DNA from: Ascidiella aspersa
Lineage: Eukaryota
Length of the DNA: 64,000 bases
Direction: 5' to 3'
Assembly: GCA_963924565.1 (NCBI GenBank)
Contig: OZ004611.1
Span: forward strand, 21,328,001-21,392,000
Shown: piece by piece, positions 37,441-50,273 of the stretch
Numbering within the stretch: the first letter of the stretch is position 1
How the letters are laid out: each line of letters opens with the position of its first letter
The notes under the pieces: generated by a model
Seen by the model: the letters and a program-made list of their open reading frames with translations, nothing else
Database searches by the model: none
Told to the model about the DNA's origin: nothing
Translations under genes and position numbers: made by a program

Positions 37441-40400
37441 GGCAACGGATACCCAACTACAACGGCTCGCACGGCGCCTACTTCGAGCAGGAAACCGGGG
37501 TTTACCCCAACACGAGCACCGGAACCGGAAGGAACGGACTGCGCTCCACGTTTCCCCCCAGCGGACGCGCCGCCTTTGGCAAGGTAAGCTCAGTTTAGCT
37601 TATCTTTATAGCGTTTCGAATGGTTAGTATTGTTGATTGTTGTGTTTTTGCATGGAATTCATAGCTTTGCAAAGTTAAGTTTGCAGAGCTCCCTGAAGAA
37701 GTACACAACACTTTTAAAATGCTATTTCCATATCTTACCTACCTCATTTCTTTACGTTGCGTGTTTTCCGTAACCCAAACTGATATAAACATTGAGTTAA
37801 CTACTAAAACAGGGATGTCCAACATTTTATTATAGTGGGCCGCATTGACACTTGAAATAATTTAATGGGCCGCAGAACCTATTACGTTTCAAGAAAAAGT
37901 ATTGCTCTTTAAGAGTTATAACGGGCCTTTAGAGTTATATATAGTTTTTTACCCATACTATACTATTAGTGCGCCCCTAAAAGCTGACTGGAACATTTTA
38001 ATTAAGCTAATATTGAACGTTTAAAATACTACTTGGAAATGAAAATGACTAGCGGGCCGCACAAAACTTTCAGACGGGCCCCAATGTGGCCCGCGGGCCG
38101 CAGGTTGGACATCCCTGTACTAAAACGAAGCCGCCCTAAACGGGATTTTAAAATCTAAAAAAAAGTCCTGATTAGGCCGACTGATTTCGAATATCTTTCA
38201 CGAAGGTATCATGTGTGATGATTTACACTACGAATTTGTTTTAGCAATTATGCAAAATTCAAGATTTTTGATATTAAAATGTATAACAGTGTTCCCCTTG
38301 AACTGCGATTTTGCTCTTTAAAGACATATATCCATCGAGTTTACCTCAACATATACATGCATACCCTTTACTTTTTGTTATTCCAATTAACTTTTTTGCT
38401 CGATCTTAAGTAATGTATACAAGTGACTTAACCTGCTCTATAAAGTCACTTTCACTTCCAAAAGTGACTTGATTGGGTAAAAATAATTTATCTTTTAAAA
38501 ATGGCTTTGTAACACTGGTTAAAGTCCAGCGTTATGTGCGCTTACCAAATGATTTACGAGTTTTTATCCCAGCACCGGCCAATGACGTTCGGGACAGCCC
38601 CTCGGGCCGACTACGCCCACACGACCCACTCGGACAACTCACCCATGAAGCCCAAGGTGGTCACGGTGGTCAGGGCCGGGCCGACCAGGCCACGAAAGAA
38701 AATCACGATCCTGCTCAATCGTCGAGCGGTCAGTCTTTGTTATTTTGGGTATTTTTTGTTATGTTTAGGGTTTTTATATATTTTATGTTTATAGATTGGT
38801 ATAACAATATATTTGTATGAAACTTATGTTGGTTAAGCAATTCTTATTAAGTATGTTGGTTTTTGCGAAATTCTACTAACAAATTTTAACTGACTTGAAT
38901 CAACAGACTGTTTTTTGAAAGTAGCTATATAGCGCATTCAACTGAATATTGTTGAAAACATCTTATAGAAATTTACAGTTTTTTCAAAAATATTAAATTT
39001 AAGAAATTTACTTTCAAATTTTATGATACTTAGATTCAAATGCACCATTTGTTTGTGTGTGGTCTTCTCGTGTTAAGTGATTAGGTGCATATGTGTTCCA
39101 GTATCGTATATCTAAAATGGATTTTTCGCGCAGGTGCAAACCTACGAACAGCTGGTGGCCGACATTTCCGAAGCGCTGGGACAACCCAAGTGGAAAAACG
39201 ACCACATTCGCAAGTAAGGCCCCCGTAGAAAAAAACAATAGGCATCGGTGGCATAATGCAAAAATATACCGGTAAAAACGGTTGCTGCTCAGCTCTTGTT
39301 AAGGCAGTGTTTCCTAATCTTTTTTCACGGCGACCAAAGTACACGTAAATATAACATCGAAGCTTTTGCGACACAATTCTATTTATTTATCTTTTTATGA
39401 GTAGCAAAAAAAACACAAGACAAATAGCATTAATAAATTCGAATAGAGCCATGTCTTCGTATTTTTCCCCAAAGTTTATTAAAATTTTCAAGAAATCTTG
39501 CTCTGGTCGGATATCAATAAATCTAACCTTGTGAAGTCGGCGACACATAGGTTAACACACCATGTGGTAAAGCAACAGAATAAAACTGATCTGTATTCTT
39601 AAGTCCTAGTTCAGGGATGGCAAACCACTGTCCCGCTTCATGTAAGGATAAATAAAGAAAAACAGTTCTTCGTTAGATAGCCTAGCATACTGTCAGGGCT
39701 CAGGGCTGGCAAATCTGTGGGTAAAAGTGTTTTAGGGTTGACGAGTATAGGCCTACACTAACTGCACTTCAACAAATGCGTGCAGAAAAGCAGACAAGTA
39801 AAATCATTTTGCTTATCTCTGTAAAACGTAAAGGGTGGCGATCCTTTACGGAAAATTAATATAGTTCTTAGACTAAAAGTTCTAAAAACCCTGGTTAAAC
39901 CAATAAACCATACTGAAAAGCTTTCTGCTGAACTTCTGTAATCCCATAAAAATGCTGCAGCATTTGTTAGCTATTTAGCTTCTTAACATTTGTGGGAATC
40001 CGAATTTGGAAATCATCCAAATACCTTGAATATCCAACGCAGACAATAACACTTAAAACGACGCAGCAGCAAAGCTTGACATAATACTAACATATAGATA
40101 AATATATGACCCACTTGTGCATTTTGTAAGGATCAAGATCGTGTTTGTGACCCGCACGATGAAAAGGTTCGCCATCCCTGTCCTAGTTAAACATCTTTCT
40201 ACTTTGTTTCGCAGACTGTACACTCTGAAAGGGCGGGAGGTGCGATCCGTGTCCGACTTTTTTCGAGAGGACGACGTCTTCATCGCAGTCGGAAGAGAGC
40301 AACTGACCACGATGGACGTGCAGGTAATTGCCATGTTAATATTATAACTTTTACAGTTGACAATATGTTCTGGAAAACGAAACCATCGAGGAATTCAGTT

Positions 40401-43400
40401 GATTCAGAACATTTTTTTCACAATTTATTTTTATGTAGTTTCTGATGAATATTTTTCAGTTTATTGTCTCCTTATGTGACATATGACCCTTTTTCCATTA
40501 CAGCAGGTAGTGAATAATTCAGTTGTTAACGAAGTAGCATTAAACTATAGCTTGCCAATATAACCGGAAAATAAAGTTTTCTTTGCAAAAAGAAACACAA
40601 ATTTAACTGTTTATTAACCGGGCCAAGACTATCGAGGAAATCAAAAAGCCTATTTAAGTCAGTGAAAGTACATATCGCATTTACGTTAAAATCCAATAGT
40701 TAACGTGTCGTTTTTGACGATTTTTCGACCATTGAACACTGCAACCTAAAAACTCCCCCCTCTTCCATGTAATCGCAAGATAAAGCGCGCATATATCATC
40801 AGCGCTTCTCTTGTCTTCCAGGACGTGCTTCAAGAGCTGTACCCGGACTCCCCCTACGCCGAGAGCCTAATCCGGCAGAACTTACAGAAGGCCTACAAGC
40901 AGAACAAGCAGGCTCGCCGGCACCTGACCGACCAGTCTAAGGGATCAAAGTCCGACTCGGGACTCGGCGATTCGACCGAAGGCGAAAGGTTGGATTTGAG
41001 ATGTTGTTTTTCTGCAGCCTGCATTCTACCGAAACTTCAAACTTGTTTAAAAGGCTATTTGAAGCCAAAATTGCTCTAAATGTTGGTTCGAAAAAAAAAA
41101 TCAGTGAAAATTTGCGTATAGGTCAATTGAGCATCTGTTAATATAAAATCTTCAAATCTTAAATAAGTCTAGCGGACTTCCGTTTAAGTGATTAGGCGGA
41201 TGTAACTTGGGGATTGGGATTTATCCCAACTTTTCGTAAACCTATATGTTTTCTGCCGAAAATACACTGTTTCAAACTATGCTATACTTTCTTGCTTAAA
41301 TGCAAATTCGTGCTTCAAATCTCTTGTCTTTCAATTTTTTAAATATTTGCCTAAAAATTTACCTCAAAACAAACCAGTCATAAAAGTCACCATAGCCTTA
41401 TAAAAAAACGACTCGTGACAACCACAAGAGAAAACCGACCGAACACCCTGCCAAAAAGGGTCCTCCTCCTCCGTTTTCAGTGATCCGCATTTCCTGCAAA
41501 TTCCGCCTTTTGGGCACAATTATCAACGGAAATATCCGTATTATAGGCGTTTCAACGACCCGAGCTACCGCTCGCCGCGCATGGAGAAGGGCAAGGCTCG
41601 CCAGCTAATGGCCGACCGACGCCGCTTCCAGGACCAGGAGCGCATCAAGGCGCAGAAGTGGGAGCGCGGGCGCTGGGAGCGAGAGCAAGAAGAACTGGAA
41701 GACGAGATGCGGCGTCGTCACGGCAACCGCGAGTCGCCTAGCGACGAGCTCAACCAGTCGTTGCGCGACACCGAGCGGCGGAAAAAGGAGCGCGCCCAGT
41801 GGGAGGCGGAAGAGCGCGAGCGCCAGAGGAGGAAGCAGATCGAGGACGAGGAGCGGCGGCGGAGAGAGGACGACGAAAAAAGGGAACGAGAGAGGCTCAG
41901 GTAGGATTAGAAGAAGGCTCTTTGTTAAAGTCAGCGTCGACAATGCTGCCAGGTTTAAACAAAAACAAACAATAACAAGACGGGTTTTTGAAATTATCTA
42001 GGATAAAGACCTGAAAACAAACAATGATAGATTTATCGTTATAAAGGTGACGAAATGCACTTTTTATCAAAGTCGGTGCATTCTTAAAGCGAATTACAGT
42101 TTGATGCGTTTAGTACAAATAAATTTGAAGTTTTAAAACAGCTTTGTAGAGCAACCTCAGGCTAGTTACAAAACGTTAGCTTAATATTTCTTTTTTCCCA
42201 TCGCTTCCAAAATGGCATTACAACTTTAATAAATCGTATGACTTTAAATACGAATCGCGTTAAACGATATTTGCTATAGACTTCGTAGATAACTCTACTG
42301 TACCGTAAACGGAAACTTATATGTTTTAATACTGAATTCGGTGCGTTAACCTTCTCAGGCGACAACGGCTCGGCCACCTTAACAGGTTAGTGTTGAGCAG
42401 CAATGGTTAGAAGTTCTTTCACTAGTGCTGTGCCTGTCCTTGTTATTCAATTAGAAACAAACTGCAATATGTCATTTCCTTGCATGATTTTCCATCCTTC
42501 AATGTATTTCTTAAACAGTGGTAACCGCACAACAACGTTTTATATGATGTGAAGTAATTTACGTGCCGCACTAAACCAGTGTCAAACAACATTCCTAGAT
42601 TGTATCAGCATCGAACAGGTTTCAGTTAAGTCGTTTAGAAAGAAAAATATAAAAATATTAACGAAAAGTTCGACAAAGGCAATTTGAAATTGTTGCACAA
42701 AGCATGTTTCGCAATCACAAGTCACACTTTCCGTACTCGTTCGGGTATTATTTATTATACATCTTTTTTGAAACTGCTGTTACATATTTTTTTCGGAACT
42801 GCTATAGATTTTGAGTTTGTAGGAATAGATATTAGTATTCACTTAAACGTTGTTTTGTCTGTACTTACATAACGTTGTTCACAAATTAATTAAATACAAA
42901 ATCAAACCTGCTAATGGGAATGATGAACTATACTTTGCCAAAAAATCATAGCAAATTTGTTACCATGTCTATAAAAAATTTCTGAAAGAATTTGTGTTGT
43001 CGGTTATTTCTCAAATACAAAATTTAAAATTACTGCTAAAAAGTATGTCGTCGCGATTTAACGACAATTGAAAGTATGATGAGTTTTTAGTACAAAACGA
43101 TATGGTGACGAACTTAAAATGTGTCCATCAAGTTTAAATCAACAATGTTATTGTTCTTTGATGACACAAAATGGAGTCCAAATTCGTTTTCCGCCAGAAG
43201 GGAGCGAGAATTGGAGGAACAGCGCAAGCTCAAGCTGCTCGAAAACGACATGAAGCGAGAGCGTCAGAAGGACGAGAACGAGAGAAAAAGGCGACTGAGA
43301 GAAGAGGAAGAAAAAAGGCGGCGACGCGAGGAGGAAGAGGACCGCAAGATGCGAGAGATCGAAAACGAGAGAAAGAAACTGGAAGAAGAAAGGCGACGAC

Positions 43401-46400
43401 TTGAAGATGAGGTAAGTGTAATTTCGGATTGTGGTGGATATATAAAGTGACGTGCTTAAAATTATTTGGGCTAAATATTATCATTTTCTCTATTACTTGA
43501 GTATCGCTGAAGGACTCGCCTATAGTACTCACTACTCCGTTACCGATTAGGAAGTACCTTATCAAGTTATTTTGTTAAATGTGTTGCCTTGGAGGTATAG
43601 AATATATAATTCTTATTAGACCTTAATTGCACAAATTTCCAGCTTTCGGACAAAAGTTTAATTTTTCCCTAACGGAAGTCTTGCACGACGTTACTGATTA
43701 TGACGTAATTCATCAGCCAATTTTATTAAATACGTTGCTTTTGGAATATAGGAAGTTTTAAATGTTGTAAAAGCCTTTGATACAATGTTATGTGTATTGC
43801 ACAATTTTCTGGCTTTCGGATGAAAATTCAATTTGTACTCCTCTTTTCTTGAATGGAAAACGTAATATTTAACATACGTGGACACTGGACAGCCATTATT
43901 TCAGAATTAACGACTCCGCCAAGTACTGAAAAATAACAATACTCATGCCGAACTGAAGTCTTCGGGTTAGACTCGTACATTTCCTGTTTTATGTTTTGTT
44001 TATTCCGTCGTTAAAGATAGAAAGTTAGTTCCAATAGTCTTCACTTAAACATATTCCACAGAAGCGGAGATTACGCGACGAAGAGGAAAGGCGCAAAAAA
44101 CGCGAGGAGCGTCTGCGCGAAGACGAGAGAAGGGAGCAGCTGGAGAGAGAAAAAAGGGAGCGGGACGAGGAAGAGAGGAGAAGAAAAAGGGAGCTCGAGG
44201 TTCGAGAGATTTGATTTGAATCAAAACAAAACAAACTTGACTTTTTTTTTTAAATATGAACAAAATGTACGTTATAATTCTAACTAAACAATAAGCGATG
44301 TATTTTTTGCAATTTTAGCTCGAAGAAATTACTTAGACTACTCAATTTTTTAGCAGGCTTTTCGGAAGATTTGAATAAAAACACGACGAACGTGACGTTA
44401 CAATATAACGAACGGGGTTTTAACAAAAACGACAATCTTGAACAAAATGTACGTTTTAATTCTAACTGAAAAATATGGTAAACAAACTACTTTTGCCAAT
44501 TTTAGCTCGAAGAAGAAAGACGCAGACGAGAAGCAGCTGAGCGCAAAGAAGTTCACTCTCCCGTGGCTTACGCCAATAAATCGGACGACACCGACCGACT
44601 TCGAAGGATACAGAAGTTTAAAGTAAGTTGATTCAATTGTAAAAAATAAAACATACACTTTCGTTTCGGTGTTAGAGGACGTTTTAAAAAATGAGTAGGT
44701 TTACCACGTTTTATTAATAATAACTCAACACTAGTGCCCAAAAAGCAGTAAAGAGAAAATAATTTAAAAAACACATTCTCCATCTGTGAAATAAGTAAGG
44801 CCACTCCACGACCAACTCTTTTCTGTAATTTAACCGCTAACGAAAGACTCCAAATCCCACCTCAAAATTTGCTATCCAATGTTTCAATAGGTTTTACTTG
44901 AGTTATTTACCTTTTAATTTTAATAGATTTGAAACGTAACAGTAACTGAACTTCCCATGTGGATTTCCATGTAAAGCTTATGACAACATTGCCTACTAAC
45001 ATAATAAAGTGACAAAACTACGAAAATAATATCATTTTTAGAGGTTGCGCAGACCGATAAACAACACCGGCCTGCTTCAAATGGGAACTTTTTTAAACAC
45101 GTTTTTGTGTCACTTTCGTTGTTAAGCCTTAAAATTCTCTGATAATTTTACGTCGTTTTTAACGCTGTTAAAATCAAGTTTCCGACCTTCAGTTATCGCT
45201 ATTTCGCAGTGATTTACTTAAAAAAGCCTTTATTTTCAATGTACCCCTGGTTTGGAATAACTGGTTTAAACAAATAGTGCCCGAACATGTGAACGTGTAA
45301 GGAGAAAGGCCTGAGGGGCCAAGCCCCCAAAAAAATTTATAAATTTTTTACTCTTAATAATTTGTTTTTTAGCATTTATGAGCAGTACCACAACAGTCGT
45401 TCACAGGTATTCCACACCTTTAATTGTCATACATTGTTACGCCACAAACGATGTAGTTATTATTACGTTTGCTATACATTAATGCAGTTTTACTACTTTA
45501 CGTCAGTTTTTGCACTTTTGAGTGTGACAAAAGCTAAACAACAAAGTTCAAACTTTAAAAAAAGAAAAAAAAAAATCGGCTGGCAACGCCACTGCCGACT
45601 GGCTAGCAAGAATACACAGCTTGACCTCCTCCTCCTCTTAAAACCTCCACCTCTTGCATCCCAGGCTCCTCCGCGGCGCATCATAACTCGACCGGACATC
45701 GAGGGTCGCTACGAGATCGGCAAGACGATCGGAGACGGTAACTTCGCGGTAGTGAAGGAATGCCGATTGCGCAACACCGAGTCCGAATACGCCATGAAGG
45801 TCATCGACAAGTCCAAGCTCAAGGGCAAGGAGGACATGATCGGTGGGTGGCGCCCGAGCGCGGAGTTTTTTTGGTTTGCTGCGGTCTCAAAAGGCCACCG
45901 GATGAGTTGCACTTGATAACACTGTTTATAAGTTTAATAAAAACTAGAGATGGAAAATTGCCACCAGGAGTAAATTTAACTCGTGTACTTGTTAATGCAC
46001 AAAGCGTTACGTTTAAATTGAAAATTTTTACATTAACATATCCTCGTTTGTAACAATGACTGTGATCTAGCCCTTCTGAAGTCGATTTTTGACCAACGAT
46101 AACGGCTTACGTATCATAGTACACCAGGACTCAGGAGCCATCGCAAACTAACTTAACCGAAGTTGTTTTTAATAGTTAGATTTGATACAGTCGGGCACCT
46201 TGGCGTTTTATCAAAAATTGATAAAGGTGTATTCGTCTGCTATAATGCTCCATTACAAGTATTAAAACCTCTTGCTAAAATCGTTTACTTTTATCTTTTC
46301 GTGGTAAATTGAAGCGATACTTGATAACGTCCATTTAAGCTTTATTTGTTATGACAGAAAACGAAATCGCGATTATGAAGAATTGCCACCACCCAAACAT

Positions 46401-49400
46401 CGTCAGACTTATCGAGGAATTCGAGACGGAAGACGAAATCTACTTGGTGCTCGAGTATGTGAAGGTGGGTGAATATAAACACTATTATACAGCTACAACC
46501 ACGAAATTCTCACGCAAGCATTAGGAATAAACTAAAACTTGGGTTCGGGTTTTGTTGTATTTATATATTTTGTTGTATATATATATTTGATAATGATTTT
46601 CTAAGTCACAAACAAACTATCTTTATTGATAAATACAAGTTGCTAACTGAAAGCATTGTAAGTTGGACATTATGTTGGTTGTTTTAATACGCTTTTGAAC
46701 ATTGGCGTTGTTATTCACAACCAATAGTTTTCGAAAAAGTTTAGTCACAAAAAATGAGTCGTGACATTCTAGTACGACTTTTTTCATGCTGGTTTAAACA
46801 CGCGGTCACAAACAGTATCGAAATAGAGCCTTGGCGGAAAACAGGTTTAACAACATTCAGCATTGTTGTTGTGGTAAGTAAGTGACAAAGGGTCAACAAC
46901 AACCAATATTCATCTCACAAACAATACTGTGCCCCAAAAAGCAAAGAAATATACCTTGCGGACGCCCACCGGCCTTTGCCATGGCAACCGATTCACCTAC
47001 ACCGTTATTTGCGTCACAGGGCGGCGATCTGTTCGACGCAATCACGGAGAGCGTGAAGTTCACGGAGCGTGACGCCGCCAACATGGTGGCCGACCTTTCG
47101 GAGGCTCTCATGTTCTTGCACTCGAAGAACATCATCCACAGAGACCTCAAGCCCGAAAACCTTTTGGTGAGTGGTGGATCGTATTGGACGCATTTTGCTA
47201 GATATGCCCGAGTTTTTGTTTTGAGATGCCCAATTACGATAGCCGTTTAATCCTGTACCACTAATTTTATCGCAACTATTAAACTAGGAATGCAGGTAAA
47301 ACTGCGACAAGGCCAGGAATATCATGTCCTGGTCCATTGGCATAAGAACCTTATTTTTTTTCAGCCCTTTATGATTTTTGCACAAAAATGGTTTGCTGCG
47401 TTCGCCTTTGTTTGCTCAAATTCCCACAACAATATAGTGTCCTATATTAGCCACCCCGATATTGGTAGAGCCATACTATACGACTGAGTATACTACTTAC
47501 GTTCAGATCTGATATATATATAAATACTTTTACATGTAGCATGTTAGCTTTAAAGAAATGCGGCAAAATAAGGGGATTTTTTCGCCGCTTATTTCCAAGA
47601 GTAACTATTAGTTTTCAACTTACACTCGTACATACCTTATGACTTGTCTCGGTATCTTACCTGTAACATTTTATTAAAATGGGAAACCCCCTCAAACATG
47701 TGGCTGTTCGACAAATGTATACCGTATATGTAATGCGAAAAAAAAACAGTGCTGGCTTTACTCTCGTGATTGCCAACTTGTTTACTTTCAAACTCTCGAC
47801 AGGTGTCGCGTAATAAAGACGGCAGTATGACGTTGAAGCTGGCGGACTTCGGTCTGGCGATGGAAGTCACCGAGCCGATATACACTGTGTGCGGCACGCC
47901 GACCTACGTGGCGCCAGAGATACTGGCTGAAACCGGTTCGTACCTGTTTGGTACCGATATTTAACAGTTATATGGCCGCTGTACACTTCTTGAAATTAGC
48001 TTAAACTTGGTGTAGTTCAACTTTTGCAAAATTTATACTGCTTGGACCTTCGCATAGGGCTGGTCATGTTTGGGTAGCAATACGTCGCTTAGGATACCAA
48101 AAAATGAAATTTAAGCCCTGGACGTTCTAGTGTTGAAGCAAATGTTAGACTGGCGATGGTTTAGAAGTTCCACTTTTACCTTGAACTTAAAAAAATCAAC
48201 TTATTTGCTAAGGTTTTGCTTGACTGTTGCTTCCATGAGCATTTGGTGTGCAAAGTGATTTTATGAAAAGCGTTTGCCTTAAATGTGATTGCGATTAAAG
48301 CGAGAACTAAAGCGGGTAGCTGTGATATTCGTGCGATTATAGTACGGACATGGCGTTGCCTCTGAAAAAAGTACTTTCCAATTAACTTTAGCTTACAAAC
48401 GATGCTTTTTATTACGTGTTGCGTCCCAAAGCAACCTGCCTTTTAAAAGCAAACTAAACGAACAACGTTCTTCTCTGTTCAACGTTCCGCATTGAAGTTA
48501 AGAAACCTGATATTCTCGGTCCAACAAATGTGTAAATAAGTCTGAAATATTTTTGATAATTAAAAGCGAAAGCAAAGCGTTTCTTTTCAGTTAAAATAAT
48601 AAAAGTTCTACTGACGTTTCGTCTAACTATTTAGAAAGCCCTCAGCCGGGAATGACACCTTCACGTTTGTTGGCCATGTGTGTCATTCCCTGATGAAGGC
48701 TCCCTGAATAGTTAGCCGAAGCGTCAGTAGAACTTATCTTCAGTGTATACAATGCCTGGTAGCAACAGCATATTTATTGTTCTTCTCTGTCGTTGTAGGT
48801 TACGGTCTCGAGGTGGACATGTGGGCGACCGGGGTGATCACCTACATCCTCCTCTGCGGCTTCCCTCCCTTCCGGAGCCTGGAGCGAGATCAGGAGGAAC
48901 TTTTCGAGATCATCCAGCTCGGAGAGTACGAGTTTCTCTCGCCCTACTGGGACAACATCTCGGACGGTAAGCGCGCTGCTATATGCGTACTTTGTTGGTG
49001 TACGCCAGTGTTTTTCGACCCTTTTGGAGCCAGGGAACACTTAATGTATTTAATAGGAATATTCAACGCATACCGGATCCCAAATTTGCTGTTTATATCG
49101 GGTAATTGAAATCGGTATAGTTTTTTTTTCGTTTTACCGCCGATGGTTGCACCTGCCCCTATTTGTGCAAGTGGCGAAAGTGACATTCTCACTTAATTGG
49201 CAAAATATGATTACATAACAATAAACTAGGCTAATTAAAATAGAAATACACACTAGTGACAGTGAATAACTACTTGAAAGCTAGCTAGACTATTCCGTGG
49301 AACATTTGAAAACTTAACAAATTTCTCGCGGAACACCGGTTGAAAATCGCTGATGACGCGACCAGAAAAAGTTGAAGAGCAAACTTTAAAGCACTGCTCT

Positions 49401-50197
49401 TAACTAAAGAATACGTTTTCATTAATTTTCCAGTTTCTCAAAATGCAACCTCCCTAACAAAGTTTACGACGTTTTCAACGCATGATGTTTGCGATACGTG
49501 CAGGATTTTGTTTTCTTTTAAAACATTACTATGCCCAAAATTGTTTTTTCTAACTTTTTTTACTTTTTTAAACCATTTTAAAACTCGCGGATGGATAACA
49601 TTTAATCGAGGGCACAGTTCTAGGTTTTTAAAAGAGTTAAATTGATGTCTATACTAAAAGTGTCCGCTGAAAACAAATCAGCTTTCTAAATTTAAGTAGC
49701 GACTTAAAGTGCAATAAACGAATCAAATCTAAACCTATCTTCGTATTGATCACTTGCGTTTAGATCAGTGAATCTCAGAAAATTTTAACCAGATGGATTC
49801 GCTTTAAGTTGCATATCTTACAGAACGCTGACAATTGATTAAGGGCGATTAATTCTCAATAAATGGGTTGTGCTCCTTCTTACATTAGTTGTAAATTAAT
49901 GACCTTTATAAGTTCCACCGACCCGAAAGCACAACAAAAACCACCCAGTCACGCCTTAACCCCTAACCCCTGACCTTTGACCTTGCAGCCGCCAAAGACC
50001 TCATCCAGCGTCTGCTCGTTGTCGACACCAAGCGGCGCTACACGGCCGAGCAAGTGCTTTCCCACCCGTGGATCCAGTCAGAGGGCTCGTACAAGGGTCC
50101 CAACCTGCAGCGCGAAATCACCATGAACCTGGAGAAGAATTTCGGCGACCGCAATCGCCGCAAGGTGGCGCTATCGCAACAGGCGGCCGTCCATTGA
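37441..50197 (+). CDS. DCLK3: DCLK3-like constant region (828 aa); exons 37441-37583, 38573-38728, 39134-39213, 40215-40323, 40822-40988, 41481-41900, 43198-43411, 44062-44199, 44506-44622, 45665-45842, 46358-46464, 47020-47166, 47803-47935, 48799-48966, 49989-50197
   Basis: DCX domain [66 protein letters not shown] closely resembles vertebrate DCLK3 as recalled. CAMK-type kinase motifs [35 protein letters not shown]. All introns are GT-AG and the frame is continuous (2486 nt + 1) to TGA at 50195-50197. Confidence 0.92.
37810..38117. mobile_element. Young hAT-type MITE
   Basis: Perfect 14-bp TIR cagggatgtccaac/gttggacatccctg; perfect 8-bp TSD tactaaaa (37802-37809, 38118-38125); subterminal gggccgca motifs. 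Confidence 0.9.
48603..48735. repeat. ~55-bp-arm inverted repeat resembling paired Penelope-like pLTR ends
   Basis: Arms 48603-48658 and 48680-48735; contains CTGATGAAGGCT...AGCCGAAGCGTC and, on the other strand, ...AGACGAAACGTC. Confidence 0.55.
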
Positions 50198-50216
50198 AGC
50201 GTTTATTTTGTCCTTT

Positions 50217-50218
<2 letters not shown>

Positions 50219-50268
<50 letters not shown>
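50219..50268. repeat. (GT)n microsatellite, ~25 units, in the DCLK3-like 3' UTR
   Basis: Direct inspection. Confidence 0.97.

Positions 50269-50273
<5 letters not shown>

Noticed and set aside
49955-49985. Telomere-like or DR1-like repeats (taacccctaacccc, tgacctttgacct)
   Set aside because: Very short and located in the branch-point/polypyrimidine region of the last intron.
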